From Escherichia phage CMSTMSU, in sequence record MH494197.1: 64,000 nucleotides of DNA; one strand, 5' to 3'. Both the position numbers and the translations under genes were made by a program. Positions 52,763-62,342 of the stretch are shown piece after piece; position 1 is the first letter of the stretch; each line of letters opens with the position of its first letter. Under the pieces are notes generated by a model that saw nothing but the letters and a program-made list of their open reading frames with translations, did not search any database and was not told where the DNA came from.

Positions 52763-53470
52763 TTGACACCAGAAGTTAATGTTAAAGATATTGGTGTAAC
52801 CGCGAATAATGCTTCATTTGTATTATACAATGATGGAACATTAAAGTACAGTGGGAATAAATCTAGTATTGGTTCGACTGGTACGACTAGTACAACTCCC
52901 ACATTGACTACTGTTACTACTGGAGTATTACAGATAAATTCGGAAAATGCATATAGTGCTAATTACGTATTAAAGAGTGATGGGCTATATGTATTCGGTT
53001 CACAAATAGATGGACAGTTGGGTGATGGCACTGATGGCACTATTAACAGTCTTAGAACAATCACAAAGATACCAGCTTCTAGTATTCCTAGTACTGCTAT
53101 TGATTACATAGGTGGTTCTAATTTTGAAGCACACGTTAGAGCAGGTGGTATATGGTATTTCGCTGGGCGTGGAAACGCTTCTGGAGATGGAATAACGAAC
53201 TCTAATGTTATTAAAACATGGCGTGCATGTACTAATATAACTGAACCAGTTCCATATGATAAAATGACACATGGTTATATGATAACATTCATGTTAAAAA
53301 CGGTGAATTATATGGTTCAGGGAATGGTGGTAGAACTGCTGGTATGGGTACAATTCCGTATGAAGAAGAAAATGCCGGAAATACAGGATTATTTAAAAAA
53401 TAGTTACACCGAGTTAAAATTAAAAGCCAGTACTCTGTACTGGCATTTCTTTGTATTAAATATAGTATAA
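52763..53470 (+). CDS. RCC1-like repeat protein, unit 9 C-part
   Basis: Separated from the N-part by a single stop; 3' end runs through the terminator. Confidence 0.45.
   Translation: MTPEVNVKDIGVTANNASFVLYNDGTLKYSGNKSSIGSTGTTSTTPTLTTVTTGVLQINSENAYSANYVLKSDGLYVFGSQIDGQLGDGTDGTINSLRTITKIPASSIPSTAIDYIGGSNFEAHVRAGGIWYFAGRGNASGDGITNSNVIKTWRACTNITEPVPYDKMTHGYMITFMLKTVNYMVQGMVVELLVWVQFRMKKKMPEIQDYLKNSYTELKLKASTLYWHFFVLNIV
53426..53453 (+). terminator. rho-independent terminator
   Basis: GCCAGTACtctGTACTGGC + ATTTCTTT. Confidence 0.6.
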
Positions 53471-53488
53471 TGAATAAAGGAGGGAATT

Positions 53489-53674
53489 ATGTTACCTTTT
53501 GCAAGAATGGTTAAGTACGGGAATATTGCACCAGTTCCGGTAGTTCCTACAATAAAAGATTTTAAGATTGGATTTTCACATGAAGTGTTATTGGACAGTG
53601 CAGGTGATGTATGGGGTATTGGATACAATACAGATGGGCAGTTGGCTTTTTGGATGCAAACACCAATTCATTAG
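53489..53674 (+). CDS. RCC1-like unit 10 leader fragment
   Basis: MLPFARMVKYGNIAPVPVV…GIGYNTDGQL. Confidence 0.4.
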   Translation: MLPFARMVKYGNIAPVPVVPTIKDFKIGFSHEVLLDSAGDVWGIGYNTDGQLAFWMQTPIH

Positions 53675-54306
53675 GTGCGTGGTCTAAGATATATACTGAT
53701 GTTCGATTAATTGGAGTTACTGCTAGATATACAGTGGTAGTTACTAATAATAATAGAATACTATACGCAGGAAATAACTTAATTTCTAGTACTACCACTC
53801 TTGGGTGGACCGATATAACTACCAGTATGGGTCCGGTTGCGGTGGATAGCATCGATGCATTATATTGTACAGAGGGTATGATGCATATTAAAACTTCAGA
53901 TGGTTCTTTATATGCATATGGTCGTAACATGAACGCAAACAGTGGTGTTACTGGTGGTGTTATTAGTGTTGCAACTAAGGTTAATTTGCCTTCTGCTGTA
54001 AATGACATGCGATATACGTTTAGTTATGGTTCAGTACTATGTAGATTGGATACGACTTCTATATACGCATGGGGACGAAACATAAATGGTGAATTAGGTC
54101 AGGGTAATGCAACAGCCATTGTTACTCCAAAACTATTGTCTGGTTCTTCTATTGCAATGGGTACTTCGTATAATGCTACTGCAATTGTTTCTGGTTCTGC
54201 ATTGTTGCTTACATGTGGTGGACAAAACAGTGGGCAGTTAGGTAATGGTATTACAACTGATGGTAATGTATACACCTTTGGTGTCAGGACATACCAGCGA
54301 TCTTAA
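53611..54306 (+). CDS. RCC1-like repeat protein, unit 10 body
   Basis: WGRNINGELGQGN, GGQNSGQLGNG repeats. Confidence 0.5.
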   Translation: MGYWIQYRWAVGFLDANTNSLGAWSKIYTDVRLIGVTARYTVVVTNNNRILYAGNNLISSTTTLGWTDITTSMGPVAVDSIDALYCTEGMMHIKTSDGSLYAYGRNMNANSGVTGGVISVATKVNLPSAVNDMRYTFSYGSVLCRLDTTSIYAWGRNINGELGQGNATAIVTPKLLSGSSIAMGTSYNATAIVSGSALLLTCGGQNSGQLGNGITTDGNVYTFGVRTYQRS

Positions 54307-54595
54307 TACAATAAGAAGTCCAGTGGATTGCAGTACAACGTACACCTCTGCATTTATGAGTCCAGATGGTATATATTACACTGGTGCTAACCGAAGTATG
54401 TTTGGTGGTATTAGTGGTGGTGCTACCGTTGGAATATATACTAAATGTAGTGATTTACCAATAACATATTCTAATATAATTCAGTGGAGTAGTGGTACTA
54501 TTGGTGGTGCTATATGTAGTAGTACAGAGTTATACCAATGTGGTATAGGTAGATACATTGCTGGTGATGGTGCGAGCACAACCGTATGGATTTAG
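54245..54595 (+). CDS. RCC1-like unit 10 C-terminal fragment
   Basis: Overlapping frame of the same unit. Confidence 0.4.
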   Translation: MVLQLMVMYTPLVSGHTSDLNTIRSPVDCSTTYTSAFMSPDGIYYTGANRSMFGGISGGATVGIYTKCSDLPITYSNIIQWSSGTIGGAICSSTELYQCGIGRYIAGDGASTTVWI

Positions 54596-54632
54596 GAAGA
54601 CACCATTACCTTGGGATACTTATTGACATTAC

Positions 54633-54660
54633 GCCAGTACTTGATACTGGCTTTTCTTTT
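54633..54660 (+). terminator. rho-independent terminator
   Basis: GCCAGTActtgaTACTGGC + TTTTCTTTT. Confidence 0.6.
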
Positions 54661-54695
54661 GATTAAATATAGTATAATGAATAAAGGAGGGAATT

Positions 54696-55604
54696 ATGTT
54701 ACCTTTTGTTAGAATGTTTGATTATGGGAATATCACACCTGAACCTCTTCAAATTAAGAAAATAATACCAACTGATACTGAGGTTGTTGTACTTTATACC
54801 GACGGTCAACTATACGCACGAGGCAGTAATAGTTATGGGAAGTTTGGTAGAGGAAATAATAATGCAGTAAGGTCGTGGACATTAATTAGAGAAAATGTCA
54901 AAGATTGCTGGATGACACAAGGAACTTTGTTAGTTCAAGATAAGGACTTAAATTATTTTTATTGTGGATATGGTAGTCATATTGGTTTAGAAACTAGTAC
55001 TACATCATTTTTAAGTTATAACCAATATATTGAAAATTTGTACACACAAAGTTCAGGTACTTCAATTAAACAGATGTATGCAGGTACTACTTGGTTTACT
55101 TTCTTAATGGATAATAATACAATATGGAGTACTGGTTGGAGTGGGGCTAGACAATTCGCTGATGGTACTGGTAGTACTCAACAAATAACAGATGGATCAT
55201 TTGTAAAAGCTGTCACGCCTAATGTTGATATTGCACGAATACAGTCAACAAATAGCTGTGTAATGTTTTATGATACACAAAATAATTTATATATTGGTGG
55301 TAGTACATCAGGTATAAGTACTACTGATACATGGACTCCATACAATCAATATACTTTATATCAGCCAAGTACAACATATACAAAAACATTACAATATGTT
55401 GTATGTACAATTGGTGCAGTCAGTGCTTTAGTGGAGAATCCAAGTACAGGAGCACGTCAGTTCCTAGTGGGTGGGAACGCCAATAATGGGGCATGGGGTA
55501 ATAACACTACGTCTAGTACAGCACGAGCAGTATTAGGAAATAATAGTACAACCTTACCACCGTACTTTGTATTCAATTCATACTGGATACCCAGCACAAT
55601 CTAG
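54696..55604 (+). CDS. RCC1-like repeat protein, unit 11 (302 aa fragment)
   Basis: Leader MLPFVRMFDYGN; YARGSNSYGKFGRGN. Confidence 0.55.
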   Translation: MLPFVRMFDYGNITPEPLQIKKIIPTDTEVVVLYTDGQLYARGSNSYGKFGRGNNNAVRSWTLIRENVKDCWMTQGTLLVQDKDLNYFYCGYGSHIGLETSTTSFLSYNQYIENLYTQSSGTSIKQMYAGTTWFTFLMDNNTIWSTGWSGARQFADGTGSTQQITDGSFVKAVTPNVDIARIQSTNSCVMFYDTQNNLYIGGSTSGISTTDTWTPYNQYTLYQPSTTYTKTLQYVVCTIGAVSALVENPSTGARQFLVGGNANNGAWGNNTTSSTARAVLGNNSTTLPPYFVFNSYWIPSTI

Positions 55605-55884
55605 TATACTAGTTACGAGTTCTGGTGTATATGCAACAGGTTTAAATGCGAGTAGTTATGCTGGTTCATTGGGTGTTGGTTCTAATGTTACCATTGGTAA
55701 ATTTACTGCATGTCCATTGCCGTCAGAAATAACATATTCTATGTATGATAAAATAAAAATATATCGAGGGTCGTTACGTACTTTCCTAACTGCTGATATG
55801 AAAAATATATATTCAACCGGAACTTATGATGATGGTGGTCCTAGTACAAATAGATATGTACTGGATACACCTAGACAATTGTAA
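55567..55884 (+). CDS. RCC1-like unit 11 C-terminal fragment
   Basis: Ends before terminator 55889-55916. Confidence 0.45.
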   Translation: MYSIHTGYPAQSSILVTSSGVYATGLNASSYAGSLGVGSNVTIGKFTACPLPSEITYSMYDKIKIYRGSLRTFLTADMKNIYSTGTYDDGGPSTNRYVLDTPRQL

Positions 55885-55888
55885 AAAA

Positions 55889-55916
55889 GCCAGTATCAAG
55901 TACTGGCTTTTCTTTG
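55889..55916 (+). terminator. rho-independent terminator
   Basis: GCCAGTAtcaaGTACTGGC + TTTTCTTT. Confidence 0.6.
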
Positions 55917-55948
55917 TTAAATATAGTATAATGAATAAAGGAGGAATT

Positions 55949-56164
55949 ATGTTACCTTTTGCTAGAATGGTTAAGTACGGGAATAAAATTGAATATAAGC
56001 CACATGGTGAACAATTAATCACGACAATAGGAACAACACAATTTACAGTTCCTGCTGGCGTTACCGAAATATCAGTATGTGTTATTTCGCCGGTGGTCAA
56101 CGTGGTGCTGGCGGCGGCTTATCGTGGCGTAATAATATTCCGGTTTCTGGTGGTGAGTACTTAA
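55949..56164 (+). CDS. leader-bearing N-part of unit 12 (same MLPFARMVKYGN leader, non-RCC1 body)
   Basis: Track ORF 55826 trimmed to the SD-supported ATG; …TTIGTTQFTVPAGVTEISVCVIS. Confidence 0.45.
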   Translation: MLPFARMVKYGNKIEYKPHGEQLITTIGTTQFTVPAGVTEISVCVISPVVNVVLAAAYRGVIIFRFLVVST

Positions 56165-56683
56165 GTGTTTCTCTTACATCCCAACACTACTACAGCAGTT
56201 GAAAACGGTTTATATCGTGGAACTGAAAAACTATGTGTTAGCTTCACTGGTGCATATACGGTTGGTGGACTAGGTGGAAAAGCTGCTAACGCTATTAATG
56301 ATGGTGGTGGTAATGGTGGCAACACTGGTTTAAGTGGTGGTGCAGTCATTGGTGGTGGTGCTGGTGGCTACACTGGTAAAGGTGGTAACGGAAATGCAAT
56401 CACTGGTGAAAATGGTGCTGGGGGCGGCGGTGGTGGTGGTGCATTCTATAATACCTCGTTCATTGGTACGGGTGGTGGTACTGGTATCATTGTTCAAGGT
56501 GCTAATGGTATTGGTGGTAGCTACGATGGTTCATATAATGGTGGTGCTGGTAGTGGTGGTGCTGGTAATAGGTATGGTGGTGGTGGTAGTATATGGGATA
56601 ATTCTTCTTATACGGCGGCTGGTGGTGGTGCTGTGCGAATAATATGGGGACGTGGGAGATATTATCCTAATAATTCAGTCTAA
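56165..56683 (+). CDS. glycine-rich domain protein (C-part of unit 12)
   Basis: Long GGxGGxG tracts (GGGAGGYTGKGGNGNAITGENGAGGGGGGG…); ends at the terminator. Confidence 0.5.
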   Translation: MFLLHPNTTTAVENGLYRGTEKLCVSFTGAYTVGGLGGKAANAINDGGGNGGNTGLSGGAVIGGGAGGYTGKGGNGNAITGENGAGGGGGGGAFYNTSFIGTGGGTGIIVQGANGIGGSYDGSYNGGAGSGGAGNRYGGGGSIWDNSSYTAAGGGAVRIIWGRGRYYPNNSV

Positions 56684-56690
56684 AATATAG

Positions 56691-56716
56691 GCCAGTACTT
56701 GATACTGGCTTTTCTT
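56691..56716 (+). terminator. rho-independent terminator
   Basis: GCCAGTActtgaTACTGGC + TTTTCTTT. Confidence 0.6.
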
Positions 56717-56752
56717 TGAATTAAATATAGTATAATGAATAAAGGAGGAAAT

Positions 56753-57907
56753 ATGTTACCTTTTGTTAGAATGTTTGATTACGGGAATATTGCACCTGAA
56801 GCTCCAAAGATAAAGAAAGTACTGTGCGGTCTTGATAATTTGTACGTCCTCTATGACGATGGCTCACTTTATGGTTGTGGGGTTAATTCGTATTTTCAGT
56901 TAAACGTTACAAATACAGCAACAAGAAATACTTGGATATTAATTTCAGAAGGTGTTACTGATGCATGGGCTGGGGCGTACAATATTCTTTATATCAAGGG
57001 TGAAGAATTCATAATGCATGGAGTTACCACACAATTAGGCACAGGAAATACTATGATTCCGTTGGGTGGTTTGAATGTTACTTCTTCATTTCCACATATA
57101 TCTAATATTAAAATGATATCAATCGGTGCAGATACAATGCACTACGTTGATGCTAGTGGTTCGATTGTTTATGGTAGAGGCATGAATGGTAACTATTCAC
57201 TCGGTGGTGGGTATTCCACGGCTCAGAGTACTTTTGTTTCAGTTATTAATACCGGAGCTAATACAGTCCTTGATATATTGGGTACACAGAATAACACATT
57301 AATATTAACATCAAATGGTGAACTTCTCGGTTGTGGGAGTAGTGAGTATGGCTCACTTGGCGTAAGTCAAGGACAGTATACTACACTAGTAAGCAGGTTA
57401 ACCAGTGTTAAACTGTTTGGTGGTAACAGTACTGGTACTCTTGCTTATTCAGCCAGCAATATATACAACGCAGGTTGGCAGTATGTTGGTCAACTTGGTA
57501 ACGGTATTACAACGAACACACTAGTATATCCATTTGCATTTAACTCCACTACTATTGATAGTAACATACATAAAATATCAAAATCAAGTACATCTTCACG
57601 TGTTAATATGTACGCAACAACCGAAGGAAAGATATATAGTACTGGTGAATTTGGTAGAAATGGTTCTGGTGGTAGTTTGAGTAGATTCACCAATACACTA
57701 ACTTTAGATAATTACAACCCAGAAAAATCAGCATTATACACATGTGCACATTTTAGTATAGTATTTGATGGTAATAATCAAATTTATGCTTGTGGTTCTT
57801 TTTGTATGTGCGTTCTATTACCACGAACTCATGGTCTGCAATTACAATGCCGAAATGATACTATAAAACTATGCCAGTACTTGATGCTGGCATTTCTTTT
57901 GTATTAA
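56753..57907 (+). CDS. RCC1-like beta-propeller repeat protein, unit 13 (near-intact; extreme C-terminus probably frame-disrupted)
   Basis: Track ORF 56735 trimmed to the SD-supported ATG; close paralog of unit 1; ORF reads through the terminator hairpin. Confidence 0.6.
   Translation: MLPFVRMFDYGNIAPEAPKIKKVLCGLDNLYVLYDDGSLYGCGVNSYFQLNVTNTATRNTWILISEGVTDAWAGAYNILYIKGEEFIMHGVTTQLGTGNTMIPLGGLNVTSSFPHISNIKMISIGADTMHYVDASGSIVYGRGMNGNYSLGGGYSTAQSTFVSVINTGANTVLDILGTQNNTLILTSNGELLGCGSSEYGSLGVSQGQYTTLVSRLTSVKLFGGNSTGTLAYSASNIYNAGWQYVGQLGNGITTNTLVYPFAFNSTTIDSNIHKISKSSTSSRVNMYATTEGKIYSTGEFGRNGSGGSLSRFTNTLTLDNYNPEKSALYTCAHFSIVFDGNNQIYACGSFCMCVLLPRTHGLQLQCRNDTIKLCQYLMLAFLLY
57873..57900 (+). terminator. 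rho-independent terminator
   Basis: GCCAGTActtgaTGCTGGC + ATTTCTTTT. Confidence 0.55.
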
Positions 57908-58305
57908 ATATAGTATAATGAATAAAGGAGGAAAATATGTTACCTTTTGCAAGAATGGTTAAGTACGGAAATAAAAGACCATCTAATAATATCAAAAGAT
58001 TTCATGTACAACCAATAACAGTGTTTTGGTGCTCACCGAAAGTGGAGATTTGTATGGTTTTGGATTCAATTCAGGTGGTGAACTTGGCACTGGTGCAAAA
58101 CTAGTGTTACTTCAGTTATTCAAATTGACACTGGAGTTGATGATGTATGGGGTGGTAGTCTATGTGCAATGTACAGAAAAGGCGATGAATTCTTTGGCAG
58201 CGGGACGGTTCTTATTATGGTTCAAGTGCTGTTAACTCAACCACATTTGTAAATGTAACACACATATTCCAAGATATAGATATTCTTAATATTAAGAAAA
58301 TTAAA

Positions 58306-59070
58306 ATGACAACAGGTTTGTTTATATTAATGCAAAACGGCAACTTATATGGATGTGGGGTAAACACCAATTGTCAATTTGGTACTGGTGAGGCAGTGAA
58401 TTTTCGTTATCCTATAGCTACATTAACACAAACGGATGTTGTTGATTTTGATATTTTAGGAAACTCTAGTATAATATTAAAGACCGATGGGTACATGTAC
58501 AGTGCGGGTGATAATGGTCGTGGACAACTTGGTAGTTCTACTGCAACCACACTTCTGGTATATACACAAATTAGTAAATTTCCAAACGTAACCAATTTGG
58601 ATCTGTTCGGACACTCACAAGTTACTTCATTATTCAAAGATAGTGATGGTAAAACGTGGTTGAGTGGTAATAGTTATGGTATTGATTACCCAGTAGTAGC
58701 TACAACATTATTCAGTAAAGAAGCACCAGTACCTGAAGGTACATTTCGTTTTATCAACACAAGGGCAGGGTCAAATACACCAATAATATGTACACCCACT
58801 GGGTATTATGTTGCTGGTACTAACCCTTATGGTGCATATGGTATAGGTACGAATGTAACTCTGACAACATTCACAAGAATGGATTCTATGGATAGATACA
58901 TATCTGATTATAATAATGTTCCTGTTTTCGATGGATGTTTCTATGGGACATATTTTGCAGTTGGGGAACGTCTGTTTGGTGCAGGTAATGGTAATACTGG
59001 TAATGTTCCGGATATACTGGATCACAGCGTAACTATGTGGAAATTAATTATAAAAATAATTAAACCTTAA
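58306..59070 (+). CDS. RCC1-like repeat protein, unit 14 body (leader ATG at 57937)
   Basis: YGCGVNTNCQFGTG, GDNGRGQLGSS repeats. Confidence 0.5.
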   Translation: MTTGLFILMQNGNLYGCGVNTNCQFGTGEAVNFRYPIATLTQTDVVDFDILGNSSIILKTDGYMYSAGDNGRGQLGSSTATTLLVYTQISKFPNVTNLDLFGHSQVTSLFKDSDGKTWLSGNSYGIDYPVVATTLFSKEAPVPEGTFRFINTRAGSNTPIICTPTGYYVAGTNPYGAYGIGTNVTLTTFTRMDSMDRYISDYNNVPVFDGCFYGTYFAVGERLFGAGNGNTGNVPDILDHSVTMWKLIIKIIKP

Positions 59071-59076
59071 TACTAT

Positions 59077-59103
59077 GCCAGTACTTGATACTGGCTTTTC
59101 TTT
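59077..59103 (+). terminator. rho-independent terminator
   Basis: GCCAGTActtgaTACTGGC + TTTTCTTT. Confidence 0.6.
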
Positions 59104-59435
59104 GGTTAAATATAGTATAAAGAATAAAGGAGGGAATTATGTTACCTTTTGCTAGAATGGTTAAGTACGGGAATACTATACCCAAACCCGCTGGTGTGAA
59201 GAAAATTAGTACTTCCATTAATCACGTTGGGATGTTATTCGATAATGGAAATTTATATCTACGTGGGGTGGTGGTGAGTATAAGTTAGGAAATGACAGTA
59301 CTGGATTCGTACAGAATGGTTGGGTTAAGTGTCCATATAGCGTTGCTGATGTTTGGTGCTTCACTTACGCGACAATTATACTTACTACAAGTGGTGAATT
59401 ATACTTAGCTGGACAATTGGGTTATGTTGGTGTAG

Positions 59436-59849
59436 TTGCAGCGAGCGTACGGATGGACTAATATTACATCTAATTTATCCTCAATACCTGCACTTAGTAC
59501 TATACAAAACATAGCTTATACTGAGACTACAATTTACAATGGTGCTATATTAATTTTGTTAAGCAACGGGGACTTATATGGTATAGGTCGTAATGGTGGT
59601 GGTGTATTAGGCGTTTCTGGAATCCAATCAACTGCACTTAAGATTGACACAGGTGTTACTTTAATTGCTGGCACAGACCGTTCAGCGGCGTTACATTATG
59701 TGAAAAATGGTCAATACTACAGATGTGGGAATAATTCTCGCTACAACCTAGGAACAAGCTCTTCTGTTTTATCTACATTTACGGTAAGTACAGATATCAC
59801 AGGAACCGTACTGGGATTGCATGTACTACAAATGCGACTTCAGTACTGA
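59436..59849 (+). CDS. RCC1-like repeat protein, unit 15 fragment (leader ATG at 59139)
   Basis: YGIGRNGGGVLGVSG. Confidence 0.45.
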   Translation: MQRAYGWTNITSNLSSIPALSTIQNIAYTETTIYNGAILILLSNGDLYGIGRNGGGVLGVSGIQSTALKIDTGVTLIAGTDRSAALHYVKNGQYYRCGNNSRYNLGTSSSVLSTFTVSTDITGTVLGLHVLQMRLQY

Positions 59850-59872
59850 CATCATATAATGGTACTATTAGA

Positions 59873-60205
59873 GTGTATAGTGCTGGGACGAATACCGATT
59901 ATACGTTAGGTATTGGTTATGGAGATACCAGTATAATAATGAGTCCATTTAGTGCTACACCTCCAATTTATGGTATTGTACCAGATGCGGCATCACTGAA
60001 TAATTCTTGTATTAATTCTAATATGATTGCGATGACACAGGGTGGTAAATTGTATACATGTGGTAATGGTGTTGCTCTTGGTAGAGAAATCACTGCATCG
60101 ACACCTAGAACGGCGTACTATCCAGTACTATTTGAGGATTCAAATACTGCACTTGATGTTAATGCTTTTGCAGTGCAGGGGGTTCCGGTGTGTTATACGC
60201 ATTAG
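59873..60205 (+). CDS. RCC1-like unit 15 C-terminal fragment
   Basis: Same unit, different frame. Confidence 0.4.
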   Translation: MYSAGTNTDYTLGIGYGDTSIIMSPFSATPPIYGIVPDAASLNNSCINSNMIAMTQGGKLYTCGNGVALGREITASTPRTAYYPVLFEDSNTALDVNAFAVQGVPVCYTH

Positions 60206-60317
60206 TGGGGGCAAATGAGGTTTACTGGTGTGGTAGTGGTTCTATGTTCCGGAACAGAGTGCAGGTACACAACAAGTTAAAATGAAGAAAATGATTTTAC
60301 CAGAATAGGAGGAAAAT

Positions 60318-60773
60318 ATGTTACCTTTTGCAAGAATGGTTAAGTACGGGAATATAAAAGTAAAGAGTACTATCCAAAAAGTTATCCTTGGTGGTGGTGG
60401 TCAATGTGTGGTAACATTACTCAGTGATGGTAGAGTGTATGGACGTGGATACAATACAACATATGGGTTGGGTACTGGTACAACAACATTCGTAAGTGAT
60501 TGGGTATTAATGGGCGATAATATTGTTGATATCCATTCAAATGGTGTTACTGGCACATTCCTTATTACCAAAGAAAATAGAATTTTGTATTCTGGTTTTG
60601 CGACACCAATCAATGGCACAACATCACATTATACACGTTTCACTGATTTAACATCAACTGTATTTGCTGCGGTGGATGTTAGTAATATTAAAACAATTAC
60701 GGGAAATGGTAATGTTACAATGGTTCTTTTGAATGATGGTTCACTTTATGGGAGTGCAAATACAGGGTTATAG
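60318..60773 (+). CDS. RCC1-like repeat protein, unit 16 N-part with leader
   Basis: MLPFARMVKYGN; YGRGYNTTYGLGTG. Confidence 0.5.
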   Translation: MLPFARMVKYGNIKVKSTIQKVILGGGGQCVVTLLSDGRVYGRGYNTTYGLGTGTTTFVSDWVLMGDNIVDIHSNGVTGTFLITKENRILYSGFATPINGTTSHYTRFTDLTSTVFAAVDVSNIKTITGNGNVTMVLLNDGSLYGSANTGL

Positions 60774-60882
60774 GTAATGGTAGTAACGTTGCATTATCAA
60801 CACAAACATATGTGACTAATGATGTGCGTGATGTGAAAACATATCCATCAATGAACACTATAACAAAAATAATAATCAAATA

Positions 60883-61449
60883 TTGGCTAGTGGTATTTTA
60901 TACCAAGGCGTGAACGGTACAAATTCATCAATAAACACGTCTTCATATACATTACTGTACACATTACCGAGTTCTGATTGTTTTCAATTTGCATTTGATA
61001 CATATACATTTGGATATGTTGACCCTAGTACTAACACTTCTTATATAAGAGGTATACCAATAAATGGTTCATTAGGTAATGGCGTTACTAATAATACAGC
61101 AGTTACAACATGGGTTACTAAAGTTTGGAATACACCAATTGATAGTTCTATACCTAATAAATCATATACAACTAACCATGTCTCCTTGTTCAATGATGGA
61201 AACTTATGGACAACTGGTGCATCTAGTGTCGGCTATTCCAATGGTACAAATAGCACAACAGCTAATACATGGACCAGTTCATCTAATTTACCATTCAACA
61301 CTAATAACATAACAGACTATGCTTTTGGTGGTAGTATTACTGTGGTGGTAATCGACTATAGGACTATGTACATACTAGCTAACAACGCCATTGCTGGTAC
61401 TGCTACGACAACTTATAAATTTGAGCCATATAATTCTCCACCAGTTTAA
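60883..61449 (+). CDS. RCC1-like unit 16 C-part
   Basis: Ends right before the bidirectional hairpin at 61456-61474. Confidence 0.45.
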   Translation: MASGILYQGVNGTNSSINTSSYTLLYTLPSSDCFQFAFDTYTFGYVDPSTNTSYIRGIPINGSLGNGVTNNTAVTTWVTKVWNTPIDSSIPNKSYTTNHVSLFNDGNLWTTGASSVGYSNGTNSTTANTWTSSSNLPFNTNNITDYAFGGSITVVVIDYRTMYILANNAIAGTATTTYKFEPYNSPPV

Positions 61450-61455
61450 TATAAT

Positions 61456-61481
61456 GCCAGTACTATGTACTGGCTTTCTTT
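61456..61481 (+). terminator. terminator hairpin between convergent genes
   Basis: GCCAGTACtatGTACTGGC + TTTCTTT; minus gene 61480..61857 ends on the other side. Confidence 0.55.
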
Positions 61482-61857
61482 ACATATTATATAATGTGAA
61501 TGCTGTCACTTTACCAGTTGTTGTTAGTTCATTATAAAGATACTCCAATATTCTCGCACACTCTAAGTATATCTCGATATCATCATGAATAAGTGAGTAC
61601 TGAAATAGCTGTTCTTCAGATAATTTGTATTGACTTCCTTTTAATGAATTGAGAATATCTTTCACATCATCAAGTACTGGGTAAAGTACGAAATCTTCAT
61701 CATATTTTGAAGCAATAAATTCAAATCCACCACCATCAGTACTAGATATACCAATCAGTACTTTATCAACCAAGTTAATGTTTATATAACGGTTGTGATT
61801 TGGGTGAATTGAAATCTCAAACATACGAGTACTGTTACAATCAACATCAATATACAA
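61480..61857 (-). CDS. hypothetical protein, FQ-motif family
   Basis: LSEEQLFQYSLIHDDIEIYL; isolated family member inside the RCC1 array. Confidence 0.5.
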   Translation of the reverse strand: MYIDVDCNSTRMFEISIHPNHNRYININLVDKVLIGISSTDGGGFEFIASKYDEDFVLYPVLDDVKDILNSLKGSQYKLSEEQLFQYSLIHDDIEIYLECARILEYLYNELTTTGKVTAFTLYNM

Positions 61858-61903
61858 ATATACATCGTTGAATTTATAAGTTAAGCAACCGTACTCAAGA
61901 AAA

Positions 61904-62128
61904 TCAGAGCAAATAATTGATGAGTTTTTCTCGTCTCTGCGTAATGCATCTTGATATTCTTTTCACGCATAAGTAATTCGAACTTTGCACTAAACTTGCC
62001 ACCAGTAAGATAATTAGTATTAGGACGTTTGTAACTTGCAACTGGTCGGTGGGATGATGTAAAGTATTTTTTGTGAATCGTTTCTGTTTAGTGAAATATT
62101 CTTGATAGAACTTACTTCTTTTATTCAT
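61904..62128 (-). CDS. hypothetical protein (possibly frame-disrupted)
   Basis: Track ORF co-directional with 61480..61857. Confidence 0.35.
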   Translation of the reverse strand: MNKRSKFYQEYFTKQKRFTKNTLHHPTDQLQVTNVLILIILLVASLVQSSNYLCVKRISRCITQRREKLINYLL

Positions 62129-62342
62129 GAGTACCTCAATTAAATCGCTGTAAAATTGTACATTATAAAATGATTAAATAAAGTATAACACAAGGAGATT
62201 TTATCATGTTACCTTTCGTATTGTTATTTGATTATGGGAACGAAAAACAAGAAAGTTCTTATGATGTTAGTGTATATGGAAACAATAACTACATTTTAAA
62301 TAAACAAACTGGAAACCTTTTTGCATCCGGTGCTGCGCATTC

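Noticed and set aside
44356-60619. Antisense or alternative-frame ORFs within RCC1 units (44356..44550, 44466..44699, 46430..46630, 51226..51513, 53000..53272, 53562..54008, 55813..56100, 56334..56642, 57490..57693, 58407..58637, 58771..59025, 60401..60619)
   Set aside because: Shadow ORFs of the repeat-rich RCC1 genes; 56334..56642 is the alternative frame of the glycine-rich gene (GGT/GGC repeats read as Val/Leu).
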